A stretch of DNA of 64,000 nucleotides from an uncultured Candidatus Saccharibacteria bacterium (lineage in GTDB: Bacteria > Patescibacteriota > Minisyncoccia > Phycocordibacterales > JAKAEA01). Each line of letters opens with the position of its first letter. Position 1 is the first letter of the stretch. The stretch lies in assembly GCA_964577595.1 (NCBI GenBank), contig CAZNZK010000002.1, positions 150,163 through 214,162 on the forward strand, in the 5' to 3' direction. The notes beneath the pieces were generated by a model. It had not been told where the DNA came from, ran no database searches, and saw only the letters and a program-made list of their open reading frames with translations. A program made the translations under genes and the position numbers. Shown here one piece after another: positions 47,735 to 57,104 of the stretch.

Positions 47735-48907
47735 ATGTACTCGCGTAATCTCGCAATTGTGGCTGTGGCAATCGTTTTGCTTATGGCCAGCCGGGCAGTT
47801 TCCGCTGACCCGACTTTCCAGACGCTGACTTTTCTCAGTGTGCCTGGCTATTCCAATCCAACTGGTAGTGCGACATTCTCGGGAACGACTGTCTATATCG
47901 CCACCGCTAAGGGCGTTCTGGCTTTCAACACGGCAACAAACAGCGTGTCAGCCATTCCTGTTGCCAACCCCACTTTTCTGACTGCCAACGCGGTGGGGAA
48001 TGTCTACGGCGTCGCTGGAGACTTCTCAATCTTCCAGATCGCCGCTGATACGCATTCCCTTAGCACAGTCAGAGCATTTTCCTCCACAACTATCCCGGGA
48101 TATCTTGTGGCGGATGCGGTGGGGAATGTCTACGGGCAAACAGGAGTTTCCAGCGCCAATGCCACGTTGTTCTCGCTCACCACTAGCGGTACGTTTACGA
48201 CGTATCCGGCGGCTGGCGTCTATGCACACCCTGGCTTCATTGATGGGCAGGGCAACGTTGTTGGCGTGAACCCTGCAGGTGGCTCGGCGGGCGTTGGCGC
48301 TACTTTCACGCTCAATCCCAGCACGGGAAGTGTGACTACGGTTGCTCAGTTTAACGATACTGGTGTTGGCGGATACTATCCCACCACTGTCGTGGCTGAC
48401 AGCTCGGGCAATCAATACGGGTTTGCTAATATCAACATCACCAACAGCGGCAATACTATGGTCTACAAACTTCCGGTCGGCACAACAGTACCGATCACGC
48501 AAGCGTCGGCCGTAGGAAATTTTAACACCATTCCTACTGGCCTCATTAGTGATGCTGTTGGTGACCTGTTTGGTGTCACTCGGGGCGGTGGCACATCGGG
48601 CGCGGGAACGATTTTTGAAATTCCCGCAGGTTCTTCTACCGTCACAACGCTCTTGTCTTTTTCGGTCGCGTTCCAAAATCCTCTTTATGGGGTGCAACCG
48701 ATTGGGCTATTCTCGGACGGTTCCGGGAACTTGTACGGCGTGACCGAGGGCCAGGGTCAATCCATTCTCGGAAGCGTTTTTGAACTTTCAGGCACGGGTT
48801 TTGTGGTTTCAGCGGGCACTTCAGCCCCAGAGCCGGCGAGTCTCGGACTCCTGGCTCTAGGTGCGGCGGTTCTCGCGCTCGGCATACGGCGGCGCAGGCA
48901 AGCGTAA
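47735..48907 (+). CDS. Secreted repeat (beta-propeller-like) protein with PEP-CTERM sorting signal
   Basis: Signal peptide; D..GN(L/V)YG repeats, GG..GAGTIFEI; C-terminal APEPASLGLLALG-TM-RRRR. Confidence 0.85.
   Translation: MYSRNLAIVAVAIVLLMASRAVSADPTFQTLTFLSVPGYSNPTGSATFSGTTVYIATAKGVLAFNTATNSVSAIPVANPTFLTANAVGNVYGVAGDFSIFQIAADTHSLSTVRAFSSTTIPGYLVADAVGNVYGQTGVSSANATLFSLTTSGTFTTYPAAGVYAHPGFIDGQGNVVGVNPAGGSAGVGATFTLNPSTGSVTTVAQFNDTGVGGYYPTTVVADSSGNQYGFANINITNSGNTMVYKLPVGTTVPITQASAVGNFNTIPTGLISDAVGDLFGVTRGGGTSGAGTIFEIPAGSSTVTTLLSFSVAFQNPLYGVQPIGLFSDGSGNLYGVTEGQGQSILGSVFELSGTGFVVSAGTSAPEPASLGLLALGAAVLALGIRRRRQA
47990..48135 (+). repeat. 20-bp exact direct repeat, 126 bp apart
   Basis: GCGGTGGGGAATGTCTACGG at 47990 and 48116 (42-aa repeat unit). 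Confidence 0.9.
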
Positions 48908-48955
48908 CCCGTGGCGTGGTGTTCTTTGTTCTCTTTGTCACCCTCTCGTTCTCCA

Positions 48956-48995
48956 AGGGCGGGCTCACAGCACTTCTGTGGGTTCGCTCTTTTTT
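48956..48995 (+). terminator. Intrinsic terminator
   Basis: AGGGCGGGCTCACAG/CTGTGGGTTCGCTCT plus T-run. Confidence 0.8.
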
Positions 48996-49046
48996 CATGG
49001 TTGATTTCTCTTGCAAAAATTTGTGATATACTATCCACCTACGAAA

Positions 49047-49442
49047 ATGGCCATGCATTTTGGCGAACACATAACTATTGATGGTTACGGCGGCAGTGAA
49101 AAATTACTGGATGACAGGGCTGTAGTCCTTTCGTGCCTCGCGGAATTGCCGCCGCAGCTTAATGTAAAACCTTTGGGCAAGCCGGAAATTTATCGGGCCG
49201 AGGCGGGTAAAGGAAAAGACCCGGGCGGCTGGACGGGCATTGTGGTTATTGCCGAAAGTCATATTAGCGTGCACACGTTTCCAAAACGCGGTTTTGTTAG
49301 TGCTGATGTCTACACCTGCCATAACGGCATGAATTCCGGCTTTATTGTTGACTATTTCAAGAAAAAATTTGCCTTGGCCGACGTAGAGACTAACTTTCTC
49401 AAGCGCGGCACGAAGTATCCCACAGCCAACATTTACCCTTAA
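49047..49442 (+). CDS. speD: S-adenosylmethionine decarboxylase proenzyme family
   Basis: GEHITID, AE|SHISVHTFP self-cleavage motif, DVYTC. Confidence 0.88.
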   Translation: MAMHFGEHITIDGYGGSEKLLDDRAVVLSCLAELPPQLNVKPLGKPEIYRAEAGKGKDPGGWTGIVVIAESHISVHTFPKRGFVSADVYTCHNGMNSGFIVDYFKKKFALADVETNFLKRGTKYPTANIYP

Positions 49443-49469
49443 ATAAGGGTCGGTGTATACTATATATGC

Positions 49470-51341
49470 ATGTTCCGACCCTCGAGCGGAAAGGCTCGTG
49501 TATTTAGTGGTCTTATTTTTCTTATTTCCGGAACGGGCCTGGTGTCGCTGTGTCCGTTTGTGACCAGGGCGGCAACTGTTTCTTTTACAAAAAATTTTAC
49601 ACTAGGTAGTACTGGTTTGGGTATTGTAACGCTTCAGCAATTTCTTATTTCACAAGGGTTCTCCACAAAACCAACTGGTTATTTCGGCCCGCTCACCAAA
49701 TCCGCCTTAATTGCGTATCAAAAAGCGCACACTATAACGCCGGCCGCTGGCTATTTCGGCCCGCTTACTCGCGCGGCCATAAATGCCGAGCTTGCCTCAG
49801 TGCTGCTCATGACTTCCACTCCGGCCTCTGTCGCGTCGGCCACTACATCGGAAAACGTCACAGCTAATTCAACTACTCAATCGGGCACGATCAATCTTTC
49901 TTCAGATCCAATATCTGGCCAGTATATTTTTACCTCCATTGACGCGCCGGTGTACGGTTTGCGTTTTCAGGTGAGTGGCGCTCCGGTCACGCTTAATAGG
50001 TTTGACTTGCAGGTACAAGATTATCAAGGCGACACTATTGGCACGAACGCAGAAAATCCGGCGACGTTTATTAATGTCATAAAAATTTGGAATGGTTCTA
50101 ATTTGGTAGGTTCTTGGAGTATTAGTCCAACGAGCGGGACAAACGGGGGAGTAGGCACTCAATTCATTCAGAGCACAAGTGACGCTTCTGTTTATTACGT
50201 GCGGCTTTCCGGCCTTAATTACACTTTGCTGGCTGGCACAACAACTGCGCTCACGGTCACTTTTGGCACCACAGGCGCGAGCGACATTGACCGCACCCTT
50301 ATTATCCAAGGCTATGCCGGCGAGCTTGGCACTAACGTGGCCGTAATCAGCGGCGGTACGCAAAATTATTACGGCGCCGACGGCGCGAATTTTAAAGTGA
50401 CAAAAACATTTAAGGGCCGGGTTAATCCGATTGTTTCCATGACGGGCGACCCTTTACTCACTTCCGGCTACGGCAATTACGTGGTGGATTCGGCCAATGG
50501 ACTCACGGCCGCGGACTTGAGTGTGGTAGACGTTTCCGCCGATGATGGCGATATCTACATCACCGACGTAACCGCCAACGTTACCGCAAGCGGCACGCCG
50601 CCGACCAATATCACGCTCTACGACACCGATCTTTCAACCTCTACACCTGTAGCGGCCATGTCGCCCTCAGGCCTCTCTGGTGGGCCATTTGGCGCGCCAA
50701 CCACCGGCACAGTTTCATTCCACAATCTCCACCTGCCCGTTTCGGCCGGCACGAAAATTCATCTTGATTTTCAGGCCGACATGCCCGGTGGCATTGTTGA
50801 GGGCTCCAACGTTTCAGTCGGGGACACAAATACCACAATTACGTATCAAACAAGTTTCGGTAGTTCGGTGACGCTCGCCAATGCCTCACCCGGGCTTTAC
50901 CCGTCCTATTTTTACACCGCCGCGCCGGTTATTGCTTTTGTTTCGGGTACGGCCTCAAGCACTACGGCAAAATACAGCGGCTCAACCTCACTGGCCACGG
51001 CCACGTTTGTGGTCACCTTCACGCCGCAAACCAGCGATATGAATCTTCTTTCCGCGGCCGACATCACTGTTGATGCTTCGCCCGACAGCGTTAACTTTAC
51101 CAATATTCCCAACGTCTCCGTGGATGTGTCGCCCACGCCCACCAGTGGCGTGTATGCTCGCGGCCAAACCTACACCGCTACCATTACCGCCGTTACCACG
51201 AGTGATTTGTCTGTCACCGGTTCCTACCTTTTCTATCTTGACGGTCTCAATTGGAGTATGCGTAACGGTGTAGCCATGAACCCCACCTATTTCTTTGGTA
51301 ACTTGGTGTATGATACCAACGCGACCATGTGGGTGAAGTAG
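49470..51341 (+). CDS. Peptidoglycan-binding cell-surface protein (S/T-rich beta domains)
   Basis: Signal peptide, LQQFL..GYFGPLT x2 (PG_binding_1), long S/T/G-rich beta-sandwich-like region. Confidence 0.8.
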   Translation: MFRPSSGKARVFSGLIFLISGTGLVSLCPFVTRAATVSFTKNFTLGSTGLGIVTLQQFLISQGFSTKPTGYFGPLTKSALIAYQKAHTITPAAGYFGPLTRAAINAELASVLLMTSTPASVASATTSENVTANSTTQSGTINLSSDPISGQYIFTSIDAPVYGLRFQVSGAPVTLNRFDLQVQDYQGDTIGTNAENPATFINVIKIWNGSNLVGSWSISPTSGTNGGVGTQFIQSTSDASVYYVRLSGLNYTLLAGTTTALTVTFGTTGASDIDRTLIIQGYAGELGTNVAVISGGTQNYYGADGANFKVTKTFKGRVNPIVSMTGDPLLTSGYGNYVVDSANGLTAADLSVVDVSADDGDIYITDVTANVTASGTPPTNITLYDTDLSTSTPVAAMSPSGLSGGPFGAPTTGTVSFHNLHLPVSAGTKIHLDFQADMPGGIVEGSNVSVGDTNTTITYQTSFGSSVTLANASPGLYPSYFYTAAPVIAFVSGTASSTTAKYSGSTSLATATFVVTFTPQTSDMNLLSAADITVDASPDSVNFTNIPNVSVDVSPTPTSGVYARGQTYTATITAVTTSDLSVTGSYLFYLDGLNWSMRNGVAMNPTYFFGNLVYDTNATMWVK

Positions 51342-51370
51342 TTGACATAATTTTATAGGCATGTTATTAT
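51342..51370 (+). promoter_or_regulatory. sigma70 promoter
   Basis: TTGACA-17bp-TATTAT. Confidence 0.75.
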
Positions 51371-51399
51371 TAAAATAGAATCTAACAAAGGAGATCTTT

Positions 51400-52020
51400 A
51401 TGATTCCAGATATCGTCAAACAAACCGCGGGCTATGTGGCGGATGTTACTCTGTTGATTTCAGCCGTCATTTACATGCGCCGCATTCTGGCCGGCCGCAT
51501 TGAGTCGTCATTGGTGACGCGCGGCATTTGGGCACTCGTTTTTGGCATGCTCACCATCTTTTACTGGCAAAGCACCGAGGGTACTTATGCCATTGGTGTG
51601 AGCATTATATACACCATAGTCTCTGTGGCAATTTTTATCCTCTTGCTTGCCAAAAAGAAGGGCGCTCATTGGGATTGGCTAGACAAGCTGGCCGTTGTCG
51701 CTATTCCGGTTATTCTGGCACTCTGGTATTTCAGTGGTTCATCGCCGTTGGCCCTCTGGCTCACGCTCGCCCTGGATGTTATTGGCACTGGTATTCTTGT
51801 CCGAATTCAATACAAGGCCATTCAAAGCGGCGATCTCATAGAGCTCCCGCTGACCTTCTGGATTGATGTGGTTGCTAATGCCATCAATCTTATTGCCATT
51901 AAGGAGTGGAATGTCGTCAACGCCGTGTACCCGCTCTACTCTTTAGTCGTTGTCCTTATCATTGCCACGCTTGCCAGCGTGTGGGTGGTGCGGTGGGGAA
52001 AACGGCCACAGGTAGCATAA
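51400..52020 (+). CDS. Hypothetical multi-pass membrane protein
   Basis: 6-7 hydrophobic helices; SD AAGGAG. Confidence 0.75.
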   Translation: MIPDIVKQTAGYVADVTLLISAVIYMRRILAGRIESSLVTRGIWALVFGMLTIFYWQSTEGTYAIGVSIIYTIVSVAIFILLLAKKKGAHWDWLDKLAVVAIPVILALWYFSGSSPLALWLTLALDVIGTGILVRIQYKAIQSGDLIELPLTFWIDVVANAINLIAIKEWNVVNAVYPLYSLVVVLIIATLASVWVVRWGKRPQVA

Positions 52021-52046
52021 GCACGTAAATTCTTCCTGTTCCTTCT

Positions 52047-52082
52047 AAACCCGGGGCAAGCGTAAGCTTCCTCGGGTTTTTT
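52047..52082. terminator. Intrinsic terminator between convergent genes
   Basis: AAACCCGGGG...CCTCGGGTTTTTT. Confidence 0.7.
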
Positions 52083-52849
52083 CATTCCATCAATACTTTG
52101 AGTCCAGCTCGGAAAACTTCGTCCTCAACCTCCCCTCGTGGTTTTTTCTGGGCAGTGTGCGTTTCGTCGCCCACCGTTTGGCCTCTGATTAAATTATCAG
52201 CTACATATAGAAGTGCTGCGCAGGGAACTTTATAATGGTTAGATACAGAAAATACTGTGGATGTTTCCATTTCCACACCATAATAGCCGGCTTTAGACCA
52301 AGACTGCACGTCTTCCAATGTTTCGCCCATCATTGCTTGACAATTCATAATCGGCCCTTCCCATATTTTATTGGGCAAATCAATTTTTTTCTTGAGTGAC
52401 TGTGAGAGCGCTTCGTTGGAATGGTGTTTAAAGTCAGTTACCTCCCGACTATAGAGTCTGGTAATGCTATCGTCGCTAAAACTCCAGGTTGGTATGAGAA
52501 ATTCCAGCGAGTTCATGTCTGAAAATAATCCCCCGCAACTCCCGATATGAATATTTTTCTTTGAACCAAATAGACAAGCAAAATGAACATATTCTGAAAG
52601 CATAGTTCCGCCATATTGCACTGTAAACCAATACTTTTTTTCTCCCACGCTTACCTCGCATATTCGGTTTAGGAAGTCATCTAGCTTCTTGCTACTCTGG
52701 CGTATACCCAGTTCGTCTAGTGTGGTAAGTAATTTATCAAGATGTTTCTGCTCGTCCCAGTGGCCAAAGGAAAGAAGTCCCTCAACTTTGTAGTCTGTGG
52801 GTAGGCCAGCCTCCATTTTCAATTGTTCCGCTGTGAAGGATTTATACAT
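52082..52849 (-). CDS. Nucleoside phosphorylase-fold protein (PNP/UDP family)
   Basis: IHIGSCGGL, GVEMETS, ALLYVADN. Confidence 0.75.
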   Translation of the reverse strand: MYKSFTAEQLKMEAGLPTDYKVEGLLSFGHWDEQKHLDKLLTTLDELGIRQSSKKLDDFLNRICEVSVGEKKYWFTVQYGGTMLSEYVHFACLFGSKKNIHIGSCGGLFSDMNSLEFLIPTWSFSDDSITRLYSREVTDFKHHSNEALSQSLKKKIDLPNKIWEGPIMNCQAMMGETLEDVQSWSKAGYYGVEMETSTVFSVSNHYKVPCAALLYVADNLIRGQTVGDETHTAQKKPRGEVEDEVFRAGLKVLME

Positions 52850-53171
52850 GAAGTGATATTAGCACGGATTGGGGTGTGACAATTTCCTCTGGGTGAATTC
52901 ATGTGTAATGGTTGCAAAACTATACGGCACTGCATATCCAAAATTACATAAAGGTACTACAGAGGGTTATAGTCTAAAATAAGCAATGGGTATGTACTAA
53001 ATTAAGGGTAGTTTATACATAGCGAACTCTTAAGACCGTATACATAATTAACACACTAAACACATTATCAGTAATTAGGCTAACAAATTTATATTGGGTA
53101 ATTTAAAGTAGTCAGTACGTAATCATTTTGCATGTGTTACTATATATCTTTTATTGCAGGATGTATCCTCC

Positions 53172-54089
53172 ATGCTCCCCACATTCCCTGAATTCAAAAA
53201 GCTGGAATTTTCTGATAAGGCCGCGATTCAGGCGTTTACCGATAAATATCCACTACATGTGGACTTTAATTTTATGGGTCTGTGGGCTTTTGATGTGAGC
53301 GATAAGCGACAGGTCTCCGTTCTCAGTGGTAATCTTGTCATAAAAACCACTGATTATATTACCGGCTTGCCGTTTTTCAGCTATCTCGGTGATCGCGATG
53401 TCTCTCGCACAGTTGATACATTACTCGCGACAGCAGAAAAAGAGGGGATTGAGCCAAGGTTGCGGCTCATAGCTGAAGATTCGCTCGTGGATATAGATAG
53501 AAGCAAATTTAATGTCGTCGAAGACCGTGATAATTTTGACTACATTTGGGATAATAAAAAGTTCCTAACGTATGAAGAAAAAGAGTTGCGAAGCCACTAT
53601 AAATTGAAGAAAAGATTTGTGGAGGATCATGGACAATACATATCAGCAAGATTTTTAGACTTGGGTGATCCGTTGGATATACAAAAAATTAAAGATTTAA
53701 ATGAGATTTGGCTCAAAAATAAAATCGCGATGAATAAAGGATCCTTAATTGACCAAACCGAGGAAATCGCCCTGGACAGAGCTTTGGGTGTCGGCAAGAA
53801 TTATTCTGCTATTTTAGCTATAGGTCTTTTTCACAAAGAAAATCTTATTGGATACACTATATATGATTCAGTTAAGGGAGACTACGTTGTGGGTTTATTT
53901 GGAAAGGCCGACACTGGCCATAGGGGTGTATATTCCTATTTATTTGGTGAATCAGCGAGGCTGTTGCTGGAAATCGGTAAAAAATACGTGAATATGGAGC
54001 AGGATCTCGGATTAGAGCATTTGCGCCAATATAAAAAATCATTCGCACCAGTTGGCTACACGAAAAAATATATTGTAACTCGAAAATAG
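53172..54089 (+). CDS. DUF2156 / aminoacyl-tRNA-dependent transferase-like (GNAT/FemX fold) protein
   Basis: DFNF..LW, DRDNFDYI, KAD..RGVY, YVNMEQDLG..LRQYKKSF.P. Confidence 0.8.
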   Translation: MLPTFPEFKKLEFSDKAAIQAFTDKYPLHVDFNFMGLWAFDVSDKRQVSVLSGNLVIKTTDYITGLPFFSYLGDRDVSRTVDTLLATAEKEGIEPRLRLIAEDSLVDIDRSKFNVVEDRDNFDYIWDNKKFLTYEEKELRSHYKLKKRFVEDHGQYISARFLDLGDPLDIQKIKDLNEIWLKNKIAMNKGSLIDQTEEIALDRALGVGKNYSAILAIGLFHKENLIGYTIYDSVKGDYVVGLFGKADTGHRGVYSYLFGESARLLLEIGKKYVNMEQDLGLEHLRQYKKSFAPVGYTKKYIVTRK

Positions 54090-54164
54090 TAGGTGTTTAG
54101 GCGGATGTCGCCATATCAACAGTCGACGTGGCAAGCGGTGGTTTAATATGGTACATTTTTAATC

Positions 54165-54998
54165 ATGCGGGGACATACAAGAGATCTCAGTCAATACCTT
54201 TACGTTTGTCTAGTTGTGGTTTTTCTAGTTCTTGCTGGTTGGTTTTTCTATATCCACATAACAATTTCTGACACCGCAAATCCTATATATCAGTTGTGGT
54301 CGTCATTATATCAAGTCGTGGCTTTGTATGGCGCTATAGTCGGCCTGTTTGCCGCGAAAAAATGGGGATTACATAGGAGTTTGTTAGGCAAGGCCCTCCT
54401 TTTTTTCTCCATTAGTCTTTTCTTGCAAGTGTTTGGTCAAAGCGTATATAGTTACTATAATTATTTTGCTCAAATCGCCGTGCCGTATCCATCTTTGGGT
54501 GACTTTGGCTTTTTAGGAAGCACGGTATGTTACATAATTGCAGGTATATTTTTGGCGAGAACAAGTGGAATAAAGTTTTCTCTTAAAAAATCAATAATCA
54601 ATAAAATATGGGTGCTCTTATTGCCTCTTGGCATGCTCCTTGTTTCGTACTATTTCTTTTTGCAAGGGTATCAGTTTGATTGGGGTGCTCCGCTCAAGAT
54701 AATTATTGATTTGGGTGATCCGCTCGGTGACGCGGTGTATGTATCCATTGCTCTGCTCGCGCTGATTCTTTGTTGGAATATGCTTGGCGGAATCATGAAA
54801 AAACCAATGCGGCTTTTAATATTCGCTTTGGTTTTTCAATACATCGCTGATTTTACTTTTCTGTACCAAGCTAGTAATGGAACAGTTTACGCTGGAGGGT
54901 TCTATGATTTTGTGTATCTTACCTCATATTTTTTAATGGCCGCAGTTCTCATATACTTCGGCCAGACTTTTAATAAAATAGTAAGGGAGAAGAATTAA
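54165..54998 (+). CDS. Stand-alone 7-8 TM membrane protein resembling membrane sensor domains
   Basis: Multiple TM helices, VPYPSLGD, PLGD, YIADFTF; no cytoplasmic output domain. Confidence 0.7.
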   Translation: MRGHTRDLSQYLYVCLVVVFLVLAGWFFYIHITISDTANPIYQLWSSLYQVVALYGAIVGLFAAKKWGLHRSLLGKALLFFSISLFLQVFGQSVYSYYNYFAQIAVPYPSLGDFGFLGSTVCYIIAGIFLARTSGIKFSLKKSIINKIWVLLLPLGMLLVSYYFFLQGYQFDWGAPLKIIIDLGDPLGDAVYVSIALLALILCWNMLGGIMKKPMRLLIFALVFQYIADFTFLYQASNGTVYAGGFYDFVYLTSYFLMAAVLIYFGQTFNKIVREKN

Positions 54999-55007
54999 AA
55001 TCCTACC

Positions 55008-55994
55008 ATGTTACGATCACAACGAGCACCAGTGGTTATGCCTTCGGAGTTGATAAACGTTGAGCATCCTTTTTATACGTCGCCCTCGGTGCATCGGGAG
55101 ATGCTTGATGACACTGTTCGAACTTTGGCATTCAAAGCCGCGTTGCAGGAACTGATAGCGAAAAAAGAGAAACCGTGGGTTCTTGATATTGGTACCGGTA
55201 GTGGCGTTTTGGCGATGTTTGCCGCTCAGGCTGGAGCGGAAAAGGTCTTTGCCACGGAGGCTGAAGGGCCGATGTTTGAGGCGGCAAAGATGAATATTCA
55301 AAGGAGCGGCCTTGAGGGGAAAGTGGAGCTCTTGAAATATGTTGACGGTCGCAAACTAAAACTTCCTCGCCAAGTTGATATTATTGTTAGTGAGTGTCTC
55401 GGCCATTTTGGTTTTGATGAAAATATGATAACCGCGGTTTCTGGTTGTAAGGAGTACCTTCGGCCGAATGGCACCTTTCTACCACGCTCCGTGGCCCTTT
55501 TTGCCGCTCTGGCTTCTGTTCCCGATACCCATAATGACCTTGTTAGCACATGGGATAAAAAACGCTACGGTCTTGATTTTTCGGCCATGAAAGGTTCTGC
55601 TTTGCGTAAAATTTACGTTCAAACGTTTACCAAAGATTCAATCGTCTCCAATTCCGCCAGGCTCGTAGATTATAAGCTCGGGGAACAGTGTGACGCACTT
55701 AATGGAACGAATATTGTCACTGCGTCAAAAGATGCTACGGTTCACGGTCTCGCTGGTTGGTTTGAATCTAAGTTAACGGAAAATATTGTCTTAAGCACTT
55801 CGCCGTATGAAAAGAAAACTCATTGGGAACAGGTGTTTCTTCCCATGGAGAATCCTATAAAGGTGGCAAAAGGGGATAAGATTAGCGTAAAATTAAACGT
55901 CAAAAACCATTCCGATTCTAATGAAGTGACGTTTGCGTGGGAGATCCTGACCAAAAAGGATAATAAGAGCTATAGTGGCTCGGTCACCGTATAA
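55008..55994 (+). CDS. Protein arginine N-methyltransferase (PRMT)-like SAM-dependent methyltransferase
   Basis: HREMLDDTVRT, VLDIGTGSG, VFATE, VDIIVSECLGHFGFDENM (double-E loop), LRPNGTFLP, W..RYGLDFS, GLAGWF, THWEQ (THW loop). Confidence 0.88.
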   Translation: MLRSQRAPVVMPSELINVEHPFYTSPSVHREMLDDTVRTLAFKAALQELIAKKEKPWVLDIGTGSGVLAMFAAQAGAEKVFATEAEGPMFEAAKMNIQRSGLEGKVELLKYVDGRKLKLPRQVDIIVSECLGHFGFDENMITAVSGCKEYLRPNGTFLPRSVALFAALASVPDTHNDLVSTWDKKRYGLDFSAMKGSALRKIYVQTFTKDSIVSNSARLVDYKLGEQCDALNGTNIVTASKDATVHGLAGWFESKLTENIVLSTSPYEKKTHWEQVFLPMENPIKVAKGDKISVKLNVKNHSDSNEVTFAWEILTKKDNKSYSGSVTV

Positions 55995-56002
55995 TAATAA
56001 GT

Positions 56003-56287
56003 ATGCCCATCCTTGACCAAATCGCCGTTAGGATCGTCAAAGAGCAGGAGCTCATTGTGGGCCCTTTGGCTTGGCATCAGGCGAGCAAGGTTCAGGGTTT
56101 GCGAGTGGATGAAAAAACCGGCGCGGTTTCCATTATCGATGTGAGTCATGGTTCGCTTGTTTTGGACCAGTTGGTGGGGCAATATGAGCATCTTTTCGGC
56201 CGGGCTTCGCGTGAAGTGTGCAGGGAAGCTGCCGCTCCTTTAGTGGCCGACTTGCCCGCTGGGGAAGTGCCGGCAAGCTTACGCTAA
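56003..56287 (+). CDS. Small helical hypothetical protein
   Basis: IVKEQELIVGPLAW, LVGQYEHLFGRASREVC; 8 nt after the PRMT stop. Confidence 0.75.
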   Translation: MPILDQIAVRIVKEQELIVGPLAWHQASKVQGLRVDEKTGAVSIIDVSHGSLVLDQLVGQYEHLFGRASREVCREAAAPLVADLPAGEVPASLR

Positions 56288-56348
56288 AGGTGTTTACTGG
56301 CGTCGTCAAAGTTGGGGAGTTCCAATTTTCATCTGTTGTTGATACTGT

Positions 56349-56376
56349 GGAGGTGTAAATACACCCTCCTCTTTTT
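56349..56376 (+). terminator. Probable terminator closing the TM-PRMT-small protein operon
   Basis: GGAGGTGT-aaat-ACACCCTCC-tcTTTTT. Confidence 0.55.
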
Positions 56377-56392
56377 ATAGAAATAATTTTCT

Positions 56393-57025
56393 ATGATATT
56401 CAAAATAACCTCAACCGAAGACGATTTTTTAAAAAATATCTACGAACATTCAATGAAAGATTTGAATGTATTTTATGAAATAAACTGGGAACATCATACT
56501 CCAAGAATAATTGTCGTTGATAGTCGCGAAATTATTGACGAGCTGAAAGGTGAGAAAACTGAAAATTGGGTTGTTGGCTGGTCGGAGCAAAAAAATATAT
56601 ATGTGTTGAATAAAGACAGCTATGAAAAAGAAAGTAATCATACATATAGTCAGGAGGAATATGTCGCTCTTATAAAACACGAATTAAGCCATTCTTTTTA
56701 CAGCATACTTTCCTCCGGCCATTACAAACCGATTTGGCTTAACGAGGGTGTTGCTATTTACACGTCCGGTCAAAATAAATTTAAAAAGAAGCCATCTAGT
56801 TTTTGTAAATTCTTGGAATATTACGAGAATGGTGGAAGCGATGTCTATGGCGAAGCTGGGTTCTTTGTAGGGGGGCTTGTTGAAAAATTCGGTAAGCAAA
56901 AATTACTCGCTTTGATACGTGAGTTAAAAAACGTAAAAACAAAGGAAGAGCTTGAACGTCTATTTGATAAAGAGTACGGCTTTAATCTTAGCTATGATGA
57001 GATTAATGCGCAAAAATTTGTATAA
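56393..57025 (+). CDS. Zincin (gluzincin/peptidase MA-like) metallopeptidase-domain protein
   Basis: HELSH ... PIWLNEGVA. Confidence 0.75.
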   Translation: MIFKITSTEDDFLKNIYEHSMKDLNVFYEINWEHHTPRIIVVDSREIIDELKGEKTENWVVGWSEQKNIYVLNKDSYEKESNHTYSQEEYVALIKHELSHSFYSILSSGHYKPIWLNEGVAIYTSGQNKFKKKPSSFCKFLEYYENGGSDVYGEAGFFVGGLVEKFGKQKLLALIRELKNVKTKEELERLFDKEYGFNLSYDEINAQKFV

Positions 57026-57104
57026 ATTCAACTGAAAAAAGATACTCCCCAAACACTCAGTAAGCAGACATTTGTCTCGGGCTCTTTTATGCTACAATTC
57101 TCCT

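Noticed and set aside
55008-55994. Ribosomal protein L11 methyltransferase PrmA
   Set aside because: Shares only motif I; it has PRMT-specific double-E and THW loops and no PrmA N-terminal domain
54091-56296. 9-bp direct repeat AGGTGTTTA flanking the TM-PRMT-small gene unit as a target-site duplication
   Set aside because: The same 9-mer occurs upstream of ORF 14468 (minus) and AGGTGT after hisS; no transposase or terminal inverted repeats
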